Assembly: GCA_038045825.1 (NCBI GenBank)
Contig: JBBSXJ010000004.1
Coordinates: forward strand, 11,465 to 75,464
Reading direction: 5' to 3'
DNA: 64,000 nt
Source of the DNA: Nanobdellota archaeon
GTDB taxonomy: Archaea; Nanobdellota; Nanobdellia; Pacearchaeales; GW2011-AR1
Each line of letters starts with the position of its first letter. Position 1 is the first letter of the stretch. Under the pieces are notes generated by a model that searched no databases, was not told where the DNA came from, and saw nothing but the letters and a program-made list of their open reading frames with translations. The position numbers and the translations under genes are program-made. This document shows positions 8,470 to 17,364 of this stretch, piece by piece.

Positions 8470-10977
8470 ATGGCTAAAGAAAAAGAGGAAGTGGATGATA
8501 AAGAGCCAGGTTTGACAAGTATTCCTGGAATTGGCCCTGGTATTGCTTCTAAACTTGAGGCTGCCGGTGTTTATGATTTAATGGGTCTTGCTGTAATGTC
8601 TCCTCCAGCACTTTCTGAACTTGCTGGTGTCGGGGAAGCAGTTGCTCGAAAAGCTATTCAGGCTGCTAGGGGAATGATGAAACTTGGATTTATGGATGGG
8701 GCAGAATTTGATAAGAGAAGAGCTGATATCCATTACATTACAACTGGAAGTAAGAATCTCGATGGTTTATTTGGAGGTAAGGGAATTGAGTCTAGGGCGA
8801 TAACTGAGTGTTATGGAGCTTTTGGGAGTGGAAAGTGTGTGAGCAAAGATACGCCTGTTTGTTACTTCAATGATTCTAGAATGCATGTTGAACAAATTCA
8901 AGAAACTTATAAAAAATATCAAGATAAAAATGGTGAAATGATTGTTGAGGGAGGATGCGCTGTTCCTGTTTCAACAGTTAAGGTTCTTGCATGGGTTAAT
9001 GGAAATTTAAAAATTGTTAATGCGGATAATATTTACAAGGAAAAAGTAAAAAATTTATATGTTGTAAAAACTAAAAGAGGAAGAATCCTTAAAATTACTG
9101 GTAAGCATCAACTACTTAGTTTTGATAATGGTGTTAATTGGAAGAGAGCTGAAGAACTACAAAAATGGGATATTATAGCTTCTCCTAAAAAAATTGATTT
9201 AACTACAGAACATGAATATGACTTAGATGATGCTTACTTTTTAGGTATTTTCACTGCGGAAGGCACATCCAACCCTTTTTCTATAAGTATCACTGATCAA
9301 AAGATTAAAGATTGGATATGTAACTATATTAATAGAAAATTTGGTTATTTACCAACCGTAAGAACAAGAAAGATTGAAGGAAGACTTGATTGCTACACAA
9401 TATTATTTAGAAACAATACAAGACAATTTATGTACAAATTAGATAAGTGCCTTGCTGATAGTAAATTTATTCCTGAAGGGATTTTTCTTTCAAATATAGA
9501 GGTTATATCCTCATTTCTTGGAGGGTATTTTGATGGTGACGGAGAAGTATCTGAATCGGATATATCTGCAACTACAAAGAGTAAGATACTTGCGACTCAA
9601 TTAACTTATCTTTTACTAAGATTGGGGATTTCCTCCAGTCTTAAAGAAAGATTTGCCGGAACTAACAATGAAAAATTTTATGTAGTAAGAATAAGTGGAG
9701 AGGATAGAAAAGAACTAAGTAAGATTATGTTTAAATCAAAGACTTTTACTCCTAATGTCAAGAATAGTTCTTACTGTTATCCTAGAATTATAATAGATTA
9801 CATTAAAGATCTTTACATGGATAGTATTGGAGGAAACAGAGGAAATTTAAGAAAAGAGGTAGGCAAATATTTTATTAATCAAGGATATAGAAATTTAATA
9901 AGCAATACAAATTCGAAAGTTATAAATGAAAATACTCTCAATCAAATCAAGAATATTTTTACTGAACAAAGCAACACTTTTATGAATGTATTAAATATAC
10001 TTAAAAATAATAATCTTTCTCAGTCTATTCTTCATGAAATTTATCCAAAACTTCCTTTTGCTTTTAATAGTCTTAGTGAAAAAATGAATGTTAGTAAAAA
10101 ATCAATTGGTAATTATATCTCTAGATCTATCCCTGATGATAAAAATGACCTTCTAAGAAAATTAATTGTCGATGAATTAAATGCTAGGATAGATGTAGCT
10201 GTTTTAGCCTTGCAAATTATTAATGAAATTAAATTATTCAATTGGGACATTATTGAAAGTATTGAAATGATAGATTATAACGACTATGTATATGATTTTG
10301 TTGTTCCTGAAGGACATTCTTTTGTTGGTGGCAATCTTCCCACAATGATGCATAATACTCAGCTCGGATTGACATTGACTGTAAATGTACAATTGCCTAA
10401 AGAACAGGGAGGAAGTGAAGGTAAAGCTGTTTACATTGATACTGAAGGAACTTTTAGACCTGATAGGATAAAACAAATTGCCGAGGGTGTTGGTGCTAAT
10501 CCTGAAAAAGTTTTGAAGAATATTCTTGTTGCTAGGGCTTTTAATTCAGATCATCAAATTTTATTATTGGATAAAATAACTGAAATGATTAAGGAAAATA
10601 ATGAACCTATCAAGCTTGTTGTTATAGATTCATTAACCGCTCATTTTAGAGCTGAGTTTTCTGGTCGTGGTCAGCTTGCTGATAGGCAACAGAAACTGAA
10701 TAAATATTTGCATCATTTGATGAAACTGGCTGAACAACATAATATTGCAATTTATGTTACTAATCAAGTAATGGCTAATCCTGCAATGATGTTTGGAGAT
10801 CCTACAACTGCTATCGGTGGGAATATAGTGGGTCACGCAAGTACTTATCGAGTATATTTACGTCGTGGAAAACAGGGAACTAGAGTTGCTAAGATGATTG
10901 ATGCTCCTAATCTGCCTGAGAATGAAGCCGCATTCTATTTGACACTTCATGGTGTTAGAGATGAAAGTCCCGAGTGA
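8470..10977 (+). CDS. radA: DNA repair and recombination protein RadA, interrupted by an intein
   Basis: HhH domain (LTSIPGIGPGIASKLEAAG). Walker A is split as GAFGSGK / TQLGLTL. The C-extein has VYIDTEGTFRP, LVVIDSL and IAIYVTNQV. The track start at 8458 is GTG; the ATG at 8470 lies about 25 nt after the TATA CTTTATATAC. Confidence 0.95.
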   Translation: MAKEKEEVDDKEPGLTSIPGIGPGIASKLEAAGVYDLMGLAVMSPPALSELAGVGEAVARKAIQAARGMMKLGFMDGAEFDKRRADIHYITTGSKNLDGLFGGKGIESRAITECYGAFGSGKCVSKDTPVCYFNDSRMHVEQIQETYKKYQDKNGEMIVEGGCAVPVSTVKVLAWVNGNLKIVNADNIYKEKVKNLYVVKTKRGRILKITGKHQLLSFDNGVNWKRAEELQKWDIIASPKKIDLTTEHEYDLDDAYFLGIFTAEGTSNPFSISITDQKIKDWICNYINRKFGYLPTVRTRKIEGRLDCYTILFRNNTRQFMYKLDKCLADSKFIPEGIFLSNIEVISSFLGGYFDGDGEVSESDISATTKSKILATQLTYLLLRLGISSSLKERFAGTNNEKFYVVRISGEDRKELSKIMFKSKTFTPNVKNSSYCYPRIIIDYIKDLYMDSIGGNRGNLRKEVGKYFINQGYRNLISNTNSKVINENTLNQIKNIFTEQSNTFMNVLNILKNNNLSQSILHEIYPKLPFAFNSLSEKMNVSKKSIGNYISRSIPDDKNDLLRKLIVDELNARIDVAVLALQIINEIKLFNWDIIESIEMIDYNDYVYDFVVPEGHSFVGGNLPTMMHNTQLGLTLTVNVQLPKEQGGSEGKAVYIDTEGTFRPDRIKQIAEGVGANPEKVLKNILVARAFNSDHQILLLDKITEMIKENNEPIKLVVIDSLTAHFRAEFSGRGQLADRQQKLNKYLHHLMKLAEQHNIAIYVTNQVMANPAMMFGDPTTAIGGNIVGHASTYRVYLRRGKQGTRVAKMIDAPNLPENEAAFYLTLHGVRDESPE
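8836..10356 (+). mobile_element. 507-aa intein with LAGLIDADG homing endonuclease domain in the RadA P-loop
   Basis: It starts with Cys right after GSGK (CVSKDTPV), has block B TGKH, DOD motifs LDDAYFLGIFTAEGT and SSFLGGYFDGDGEV, and ends ...MMHN followed by +1 Thr. Excision restores GSGKTQ. Confidence 0.9.
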
Positions 10978-11010
10978 TAATATATAAATATCTTTTAAGT
11001 TTTCTTATTT

Positions 11011-11460
11011 ATGGACTTTCAGAAACTTTTTAGAGAAGTAAGAAATAATGGATTTCCTGAGATTGAGTCTAAATTTATTTCAACTGAAAAATTCCATTTT
11101 GCCCATGCTAGTGCTATAACTGGTAATATCCATTATAATCCAAAAAATATTCTTGCATTAGGATTTACACAAAATGCTGTAAAAGGAGTTATTGCTCATG
11201 AATTAGCTCATCAAGTAGATTTTAAGCGCATGGGGTTTTTTTCAAGAATTTGGCTAACTTACAAATGTTCAAGAAATGAAGTTTATAGAAAAGGAGTTGA
11301 AAGAAGAGCTGATACAATTACTGTAAAAAGAGGATTTGGTAAAGACTTAATAGAGGCAATGAGATTGACTAAAAAGAGATTTCCCAAAGATAGATGGAGG
11401 AGATATGAAGCAGCACATCTTTCTATAAAAGAAATGGAAGCTTTAATTAATACTACTTGA
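11011..11460 (+). CDS. Putative zinc metallopeptidase (HExxH)
   Basis: 149 aa with VIAHELAHQVDF. The family is not resolved by eye. Confidence 0.5.
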   Translation: MDFQKLFREVRNNGFPEIESKFISTEKFHFAHASAITGNIHYNPKNILALGFTQNAVKGVIAHELAHQVDFKRMGFFSRIWLTYKCSRNEVYRKGVERRADTITVKRGFGKDLIEAMRLTKKRFPKDRWRRYEAAHLSIKEMEALINTT

Positions 11461-11511
11461 AATCTCAAATCTTTAGATTTACTATAAAAAGATCTCTTTA
11501 GAAAATAAAAA

Positions 11512-11583
11512 CGCCCCCACGAGGAATTGAACCTCGGTCACAGCCTCCGCAAGGCCGTATTCTATCCGTTAAACTATGGGAGC
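11512..11583 (-). tRNA. tRNA-Arg (anticodon GCG)
   Basis: Hand-folded cloverleaf: acceptor GCTCCCA/TGGGGGC, anticodon arm CGGCC-TTGCGGA-GGCTG, T arm CGAGG-TTCAATT-CCTCG. 72 nt. Confidence 0.85.
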
Positions 11584-11633
11584 TATGTCTTTCCGAAGTT
11601 TAACTGCTTTTAAAGTATTTGGTTGTGAAAAAT

Positions 11634-12014
11634 TTAGATTAGAATTATCTTGTTTATCTCTTTGATTTGTTCAAAATCTTTATCTTTTGTTACCAAAACT
11701 CCATTATTTTCCATTACTTGCGATGCAATGAACAGGTCTGCAAGTGGCAGTTCGTACTTCTGCTTTAGTTCTACTAATTTGTCTGCAGTGTTTCTTGTTG
11801 TCTGTAAAACATTAAATCTTTCGATAAATTCTTTTGATTTTTCTTTATTTTTAACAGATTTATCCTTTAACCCCAATAAGAATTCAAAATATGCTATAAA
11901 ACCTATTGTTGCAGGTATTGGATACATCTTTTTTAGATTTTCTATTTTGCTTATTGTATCTATTCTTCCTCTATCTAGGTCTACTAAAATTGAAGTATCA
12001 AATATTAGTGTCAC
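11634..12014 (-). CDS. vapC: PIN-domain toxin (VapC-like)
   Basis: The N-terminus (GTG)TLIFDTSILVDL carries the PIN acidic residue. 126 aa. It overlaps the upstream antitoxin-like gene by 4 nt. Confidence 0.8.
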   Translation of the reverse strand: MTLIFDTSILVDLDRGRIDTISKIENLKKMYPIPATIGFIAYFEFLLGLKDKSVKNKEKSKEFIERFNVLQTTRNTADKLVELKQKYELPLADLFIASQVMENNGVLVTKDKDFEQIKEINKIILI

Positions 12015-12253
12015 TTTCTAAATCCCCATTCTTTTCTTGATTTGTTTGCTATTTTTTGCATTATTTCGGCTTCTTCTTCAGAGATTCTCTTTTCTCCACT
12101 TAAAATTTCATTCCAAAAATCATCATTTTGCTTTTCATAATTATCGATCATGTTTTCAACTAGTTTTCCCATTGCAACTTTATTTTTAGCTGCTAAGATT
12201 TTAAGCTTCATCCATTTATCGTCGCTTATTCCCTTTATTGTTTTTACTTCCAT
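12011..12253 (-). CDS. vapB: Antitoxin-like small protein paired with VapC
   Basis: 80-aa ORF immediately upstream of and overlapping the PIN gene. AGTATTAC direct repeats lie at its 5' end. Confidence 0.6.
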   Translation of the reverse strand: MEVKTIKGISDDKWMKLKILAAKNKVAMGKLVENMIDNYEKQNDDFWNEILSGEKRISEEEAEIMQKIANKSRKEWGFRK

Positions 12254-12377
12254 GAAGTATTACAGTATTACTAGTATTTAAGTCTTACCATTTATTGTAT
12301 TGTATAAATGTTCTTGATGGCGTTGCTCGGAATTGAGGTTCCAATAATTATATAACTTTCTAAATTTATGTTACTTT

Positions 12378-12941
12378 ATGGATTATGATATAATCATTGT
12401 TTTAGGGCACGAATCCAATAAAGGTTTTCTTTCGGAAATTGCAAAGAGTAGGCTTGATAGAGCAATAGAATTTTACTTTAAAACAAAAACTAAGCTTTTA
12501 TTCTCTGGTGGATATTCTCTAAAAGTTAGGAAAAATGAAGGACTTTCTGAAGCGGAATTAATGAAAAATTATGCTGTCCAAAAAATGGTTTCTAGCAAAG
12601 ATATTCTTTTAGAAAAAGAGTCAAGAGACACTCAAGGAAATGCTTATTTCACAAAACAAATAGTTCTTGCTAATAAGTGGAGAAAAATATTGGTGATAAC
12701 TACAGATTTACATATTGAAAAATCAAAATTCTTCTTTGAATTTATTTATGGAAAAGATTATTCTATTTATTTTGAAGGGGTTAAACTGGAAATTTCTAAA
12801 GAAAAGTTAGATGAACTATTAGAGAATGAGAAAAAATCAATCGAAAAAATGATTCAAATCTATAAGGAGAATAATATTAAAGTAGGGGAAGATAAGAAAA
12901 TAGGTAAAATTTTAGAAAAATTTTATTCTAAGTTTGATTAG
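12378..12941 (+). CDS. DUF218 (YdcF/SanA-like) protein
   Basis: IIIVLGHE...RLDRAIEFY...LLFSGGYS...ESRDTQGNAYF matches the DUF218 motif order. Confidence 0.6.
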   Translation: MDYDIIIVLGHESNKGFLSEIAKSRLDRAIEFYFKTKTKLLFSGGYSLKVRKNEGLSEAELMKNYAVQKMVSSKDILLEKESRDTQGNAYFTKQIVLANKWRKILVITTDLHIEKSKFFFEFIYGKDYSIYFEGVKLEISKEKLDELLENEKKSIEKMIQIYKENNIKVGEDKKIGKILEKFYSKFD

Positions 12942-12960
12942 TTGTAATTTCAATCTATTC

Positions 12961-13527
12961 TTAGAAATGTTTGTCTAGGTCTTTTTTGTATGAAAGAATT
13001 TCTTTTTGAGTGAACCATAAGGCAATTTCTCTATCTGCACTTTTTGTTGAATCGCTTGCGTGTATAAGATTTCTTAGAACTCTGTTTTTTACATCTGCAA
13101 TCGCATAGGATTCCATCATTGCATAGTCTCCTCTTATTGTTCCTGGAGGAGATGATTTAGGTTCTGTTGAGCCGACTATTTTTCTTACTATTTCTATTGC
13201 ATGTGGACCCTCAAGAACCATTGCAATTATAGGACCTTCTCTTAAGAAGTTTATATTCCATGATTGGATTTGTTTACCAAATTCCATGTGGTCTTTGTAA
13301 GGGAATATTTTTCCATCTTTTTCATAGCTTAATTTTGTTTTATCATATACTGCTTTGGCCCATTCTTCATCTAAGAAATAGTGATTTTGTGCTAGTTTTT
13401 CATCAGGAAGAATCATTTTTACTGCTGTTATTTTTAGACCTATATCTTCGAATCTTGTAATTATTCTGCCTACTAATCCGCGATACACTGCATCGTGCTT
13501 TAAGAGGATTAGTGTTTTTTCTATCAT
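12961..13527 (-). CDS. ndk: Nucleoside diphosphate kinase with an internal insertion
   Basis: EKTLILLKHDAV, GPIIAMVLEG, TIRGDYA and NLIHASDS (catalytic His). At 188 aa it has a ~35-aa insert after HY, versus about 150 aa for a typical NDK. Confidence 0.85.
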   Translation of the reverse strand: MIEKTLILLKHDAVYRGLVGRIITRFEDIGLKITAVKMILPDEKLAQNHYFLDEEWAKAVYDKTKLSYEKDGKIFPYKDHMEFGKQIQSWNINFLREGPIIAMVLEGPHAIEIVRKIVGSTEPKSSPPGTIRGDYAMMESYAIADVKNRVLRNLIHASDSTKSADREIALWFTQKEILSYKKDLDKHF

Positions 13528-13605
13528 ATCTTAGTTTTGAGGGGAGGGATTTTAAACTTTGTTGTTTTGATAAGATAAGTTTTAAATATTCTCAAGAAAT
13601 AGAAT

Positions 13606-13878
13606 TTGGTGGATAGATTAAAATTATTAAAGCGTTTAGATAACTTAAGGAATGATTTATGTCTTTGGGTTCAAGAACATGTTGAAGAACATGGTGGAGT
13701 ATGGGAACAATATGAAGATGCAGTTAATAAATATGAAAGAATTCTTTACTTATTTAGCAGAGTTTATTATAGTGTCAAGGGAATGCATCCAGATGATCCA
13801 TTAGTAAGAGAGCTAGATAGAAAAGATGTAGATGAAACTATTGCTCTAGGTGCTCCAACTTACAAGTGGGTTGAATAA
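13606..13878 (+). CDS. Hypothetical 90-aa protein
   Basis: ORF track with a TTG/GTG start about 20 nt after the TATA-like GTTTTAAATATT. No family recognised. Confidence 0.45.
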   Translation: MVDRLKLLKRLDNLRNDLCLWVQEHVEEHGGVWEQYEDAVNKYERILYLFSRVYYSVKGMHPDDPLVRELDRKDVDETIALGAPTYKWVE

Positions 13879-13887
13879 CTTTAGAAA

Positions 13888-14916
13888 ATGAAGACATTGC
13901 AGGAAGAGTTGATTAAAATGGGATTTGATTGTGCTATATTCATGACTAATGAGAAAACTAATCCTAACTTGTTTTATTTTACTAGATACAAAGGAGCAGG
14001 GTTTCTTGTTATTCCCTCTCAAGGAAAGGCTGTATTGCATGTGCCTAATCGTGATTTAAGCGAAGCTAAAACTGTTAATGGTGTTATTGTTTCTTCAGGG
14101 AAAAAATTATCTGAATCTCTTGCTGAACTTGGGATTAATACTAAAAAAGTAGGGGTTGATTTTGTAAATATTTCTGTTACTGATTTCAATATGTTAAAGG
14201 AAAGGTTTGATTGTGAATTTTTTGATATTAGTGTTTTTATGGATGAATTGAGAGCTGTTAAAGATAAAGATGAGATAAAGAAGATGAGGGAAGCTTGTAA
14301 AATAACAGATAAAATACTTAACCAATTTGTTGATAATTTCAGTAAATTTAAAACTGAAGAAGAAGTAGCTGCTTTTTTGGTTTATGAAACTAGAAAACTT
14401 GGTTGTGTCGAGTCTTTTGAGCCAATAGTTGCTTCAGGTAAAAATGCTGCTGTGCCACATCATACTCCTTCTGGTGGGTTGCAGAAGGGTTTTTTGGTTG
14501 TTGATTTTGGAGTTAAGTATTTGGGATACTGTTCTGATATTACTAGAACTTTTTACTTTGGAAAGCCTACTATTGAAGAAGAGATGAAATACCATGATTT
14601 ACTTAATGAGCAGGAAAGAGCTATTGGTCTTGTTAAACCCGGCAAGATTATTGGAGATTTGTGCATAGAGGCTGAGAAAAATTTAAAACAGAAACTGATT
14701 CATTCTTTGGGGCATGGACTTGGAATAGAAGTTCATGAGTTCCCTTTTGTCTCAACTAATAGTAAAACTAAACTTTCTGAAGGAATGACTATTACCATTG
14801 AGCCTGGAGAATATATTGAGGGAAAGTATGGTATTCGTATTGAAGATGATTTATTAGTTACTAAGAATGGATGCGAGGTATTGACTAAATTTAGCAAGAA
14901 ACTAATTTGTTTGTGA
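13888..14916 (+). CDS. M24-family Xaa-Pro peptidase
   Basis: VVDFG..YCSDITRT, HSLGHGLGIEVHE and TIEPG..Y....GIRIED are the pita-bread metal ligand motifs. Confidence 0.85.
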   Translation: MKTLQEELIKMGFDCAIFMTNEKTNPNLFYFTRYKGAGFLVIPSQGKAVLHVPNRDLSEAKTVNGVIVSSGKKLSESLAELGINTKKVGVDFVNISVTDFNMLKERFDCEFFDISVFMDELRAVKDKDEIKKMREACKITDKILNQFVDNFSKFKTEEEVAAFLVYETRKLGCVESFEPIVASGKNAAVPHHTPSGGLQKGFLVVDFGVKYLGYCSDITRTFYFGKPTIEEEMKYHDLLNEQERAIGLVKPGKIIGDLCIEAEKNLKQKLIHSLGHGLGIEVHEFPFVSTNSKTKLSEGMTITIEPGEYIEGKYGIRIEDDLLVTKNGCEVLTKFSKKLICL

Positions 14917-14932
14917 ATTTTTAGATTAACCT

Positions 14933-15157
14933 TTGATTTTGACAATTATTGTTTTGATTTTAGTTATTGTAGGTTTTGGAATTTATAATGGTAAATCTAA
15001 TGTAACTAAGATAATTAAGAATGATTGCCCCGAAACTACGGTTTTATGTCCTACTGATGCTATGTGTGAGATAGAAGCTAAAGATAATCAAGGACTGGGT
15101 GGTACTTTTAAGATACGTTATCCTTGTGAAATGAGATTGGGTTACGGCGGAGCATAG
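14933..15157 (+). CDS. Small anchored Cys-rich protein
   Basis: 74 aa with a TTG start. N-terminal TM helix ILTIIVLILVIVGFGIY, then 4 Cys. Confidence 0.45.
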   Translation: MILTIIVLILVIVGFGIYNGKSNVTKIIKNDCPETTVLCPTDAMCEIEAKDNQGLGGTFKIRYPCEMRLGYGGA

Positions 15158-15262
15158 TTATCTAATTATTATTTTGAAAGTTTATTTTTTACTAAAGATG
15201 GTTGGACTTCAGATGTATTCAAAACTAGTAATTATTAAATAGTCTTTTTTTGTTGTTTTTTT

Positions 15263-15868
15263 ATGAGTAATAAAGAATCTTCCGAGTTTAATTTTCCAGA
15301 GGCTACGCTTGTCAAGAGTACTGAGATATTTGGACTTTGTAAGAATATTGTTATTGGAAAAGGCAATGTTAATGCTCTGATAATGTTTATTGGAGAATCT
15401 CCAGGTCGCAACGAAGATGAACAGGGATTTCCTTTTGTTGGTGCCGCTGGGAAGAATTTAGATAAATTGCTTGAGAAAGTTGGCTTAAGCATGAATGATG
15501 TTTATATTGCAAACATATTGAAGTGCAGGCCTCCAGAGAATAGAGCTCCGTCAAATGATGAAATAAGAGCTCATACTCCTTGGTTGCTTAAACAGATTAA
15601 TGAAATAAGCCCTAAAGTGATATGTTCTCTTGGAAATTATGCTACTAAGTTCTTTTTAGCTGGGGCTGATGTTGATTCAATGAAAAATCAGCCAGGAATA
15701 ACTTCAGTTCATGGGAAAGTTAGAATTATTGAATTGCATGGTAAAAATGTTAAGTTAATTCCTTTGTTTCATCCGGCTGCTATAATATACAATCGTAGTT
15801 TACTTAGTGAATGGGAGAAAGACATAGAGATTGTTAAAAAGGAGATCACGCAGAAAAGTTTGTTTTAG
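15263..15868 (+). CDS. udg: Family 4-like uracil-DNA glycosylase
   Basis: IMFIGESPGRNEDEQGFPFVGAAG, ILKCRPPENRAP, WLLKQI and FHPAA are present. Three of the four Fe-S Cys positions of family 4 appear substituted. Confidence 0.8.
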   Translation: MSNKESSEFNFPEATLVKSTEIFGLCKNIVIGKGNVNALIMFIGESPGRNEDEQGFPFVGAAGKNLDKLLEKVGLSMNDVYIANILKCRPPENRAPSNDEIRAHTPWLLKQINEISPKVICSLGNYATKFFLAGADVDSMKNQPGITSVHGKVRIIELHGKNVKLIPLFHPAAIIYNRSLLSEWEKDIEIVKKEITQKSLF

Positions 15869-15871
15869 TTT

Positions 15872-16140
15872 TTATAACTTATAAAATGTTAAATCAATTT
15901 GTTGATCAGGGCCTGTTATACATGCTATGAACTCCTCATAAACTGCATTTGCTCTAAAATTCTCTGCTAACTTAGCAACTGCTCTTTCGTATCTTTTCTG
16001 AGGAGATGGAATTATGCCCAACAATATAAAACAAACCATCTTTTTTGAGGTAATCTAACAGATCCTTGTCCTGCTGGTTCTAATGTTAAGTTTAGTATAT
16101 CAAATCTTTCTTCTGTTAATTTTTCTAATTCAACAACCAT
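15872..16140 (-). pseudogene. Two overlapping short ORFs (42 and 55 aa) that may be one frameshifted gene
   Basis: Hand translation: ORF A (ATG 16140, one nt after the MazG stop) gives MVVELEKLTEERFDILNLTLEPAGQGSVRLPQKRWFVLYCWA. ORF B (ATG 16039) gives MVCFILLGIIPSPQKRYERAVAKLAENFRANAVYEEFIACITGPDQQIDLTFYKL. The frames switch at the run CAAAAAAGA. Confidence 0.3.
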
Positions 16141-16141
16141 T

Positions 16142-16501
16142 TTATTTGTATTTATCGTCAAAGCCACCTGCTTTTAGGTTTGCGTGACTGTTTTTTACTT
16201 TATCTATTGGGAATCTTTGTTCGTACTCTGTTAGAACATCATTAATTGCTTTTTTTGAGTTTACATCGCACAAATATGATATTTTTAGAACGAGATAGAG
16301 CATGTCGCCTATGAAATCTTCACAAGTTAATTTATTGTTTTTTATTAGTTCTATTTGTTTTTCTACATCTACCCATTTTATTAAGTTCCAGAATTCACCT
16401 ATTTCTTCATTCATATTTAGAAGAAGATCTTTTATCGAGCTCGGTCTAGACCAACCCCTTATATCATTGAATTCTTTTATTTTATTTTGAGATTCTTCCA
16501 T
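16142..16501 (-). CDS. MazG-like nucleotide pyrophosphohydrolase
   Basis: 119 aa. LLLNMNEEIGEFWNLIKW and FIGDMLYLVLKISYLCDV resemble the EExxE/D helices of the MazG family. Confidence 0.7.
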   Translation of the reverse strand: MEESQNKIKEFNDIRGWSRPSSIKDLLLNMNEEIGEFWNLIKWVDVEKQIELIKNNKLTCEDFIGDMLYLVLKISYLCDVNSKKAINDVLTEYEQRFPIDKVKNSHANLKAGGFDDKYK

Positions 16502-16525
16502 TAAAGAATATAATTTGATTGTTAT

Positions 16526-16660
16526 TTAATGATTGCTGTGATGGGTATCTCCAGCATCTCTGAATTTTATAAATTTGTAATGAGCATCTTTTGTTTCATT
16601 GCTTTCTTTTAAAGTGTAAACTTTATTTCCTTTTTCATCTATGTAATATTTGATATTCAT
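16526..16660 (-). CDS. nop10: H/ACA RNP protein Nop10, eukaryote-like form without zinc-ribbon cysteines
   Basis: Hand-translated 44 aa: MNIKYYIDEKGNKVYTLKESNETKDAHYKFIKFRDAGDTHHSNH. Its start overlaps the aIF2-alpha stop in ATGA. It sits in the conserved archaeal S27e-aIF2alpha-Nop10 gene order. Confidence 0.7.
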   Translation of the reverse strand: MNIKYYIDEKGNKVYTLKESNETKDAHYKFIKFRDAGDTHHSNH

Positions 16661-17364
16661 TTTATTTCTAGCTGAGCGTGATTTTTCTTTGCCCTTTCTT
16701 TTATTGAATCTATTACTCTATCTAGTTGAGAATTTGCTGATTTGTATTCCTTACCTTTAACCTTTATTAAGAAATTAGATGAGCCAAGATAAGATATTTC
16801 TGCTTCTTTTGTTTCAATAACTTCTTTTATTATATATATCCCATTTTCTTTATCTGATTTTAGACTTATTTTCTTTTGAACTTCTTTATCTGATTCTTTC
16901 TTTTGAGCTAGTATTTCTTTTAATTTGTCAAGTTCTTTCTGAGATAAATATTTCTTTAATAATTCTGGATTTGATCTTATATTCTCTATTATTTGAGAAA
17001 TATCTTCCTTTGATTTTATTTTATCTATTAATTCTTGAGTCTTATCCCCAACAACTGATTTTAATATGCTTGCAAATATTCTTTCTTTTTTATAGTGTTC
17101 TAGTATTGTATCTCTTTCTTTAGCAGATACTCTTCTCAAACTCATTACAGGATTATTATCTTTATTTCTAAGAACTTTGCAGACTATCTTCTTTCCTACG
17201 CTAACAAATTCTCTTATGTTTCTTATTCTTCCAGGAGATATTTCTGCTAAGATTATGTGACCTTCAATATTGTATTCTTCTATTCTTACAAAAACTCCAC
17301 TTGAGTCTATTTTTATTACAGTGCAAAGAACTACTTCATCTTCTTTCAAATTAACGGAAGACAT
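16657..17364 (-). CDS. eif2a: Translation initiation factor aIF2 alpha subunit
   Basis: N-terminal S1 domain (EDEVVLCTVIKIDSSGVFVRIEEY..EGHIILAEIS), then SLRRV and a helical domain. Flanked by S27e and Nop10. Confidence 0.85.
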   Translation of the reverse strand: MSSVNLKEDEVVLCTVIKIDSSGVFVRIEEYNIEGHIILAEISPGRIRNIREFVSVGKKIVCKVLRNKDNNPVMSLRRVSAKERDTILEHYKKERIFASILKSVVGDKTQELIDKIKSKEDISQIIENIRSNPELLKKYLSQKELDKLKEILAQKKESDKEVQKKISLKSDKENGIYIIKEVIETKEAEISYLGSSNFLIKVKGKEYKSANSQLDRVIDSIKERAKKNHAQLEIK

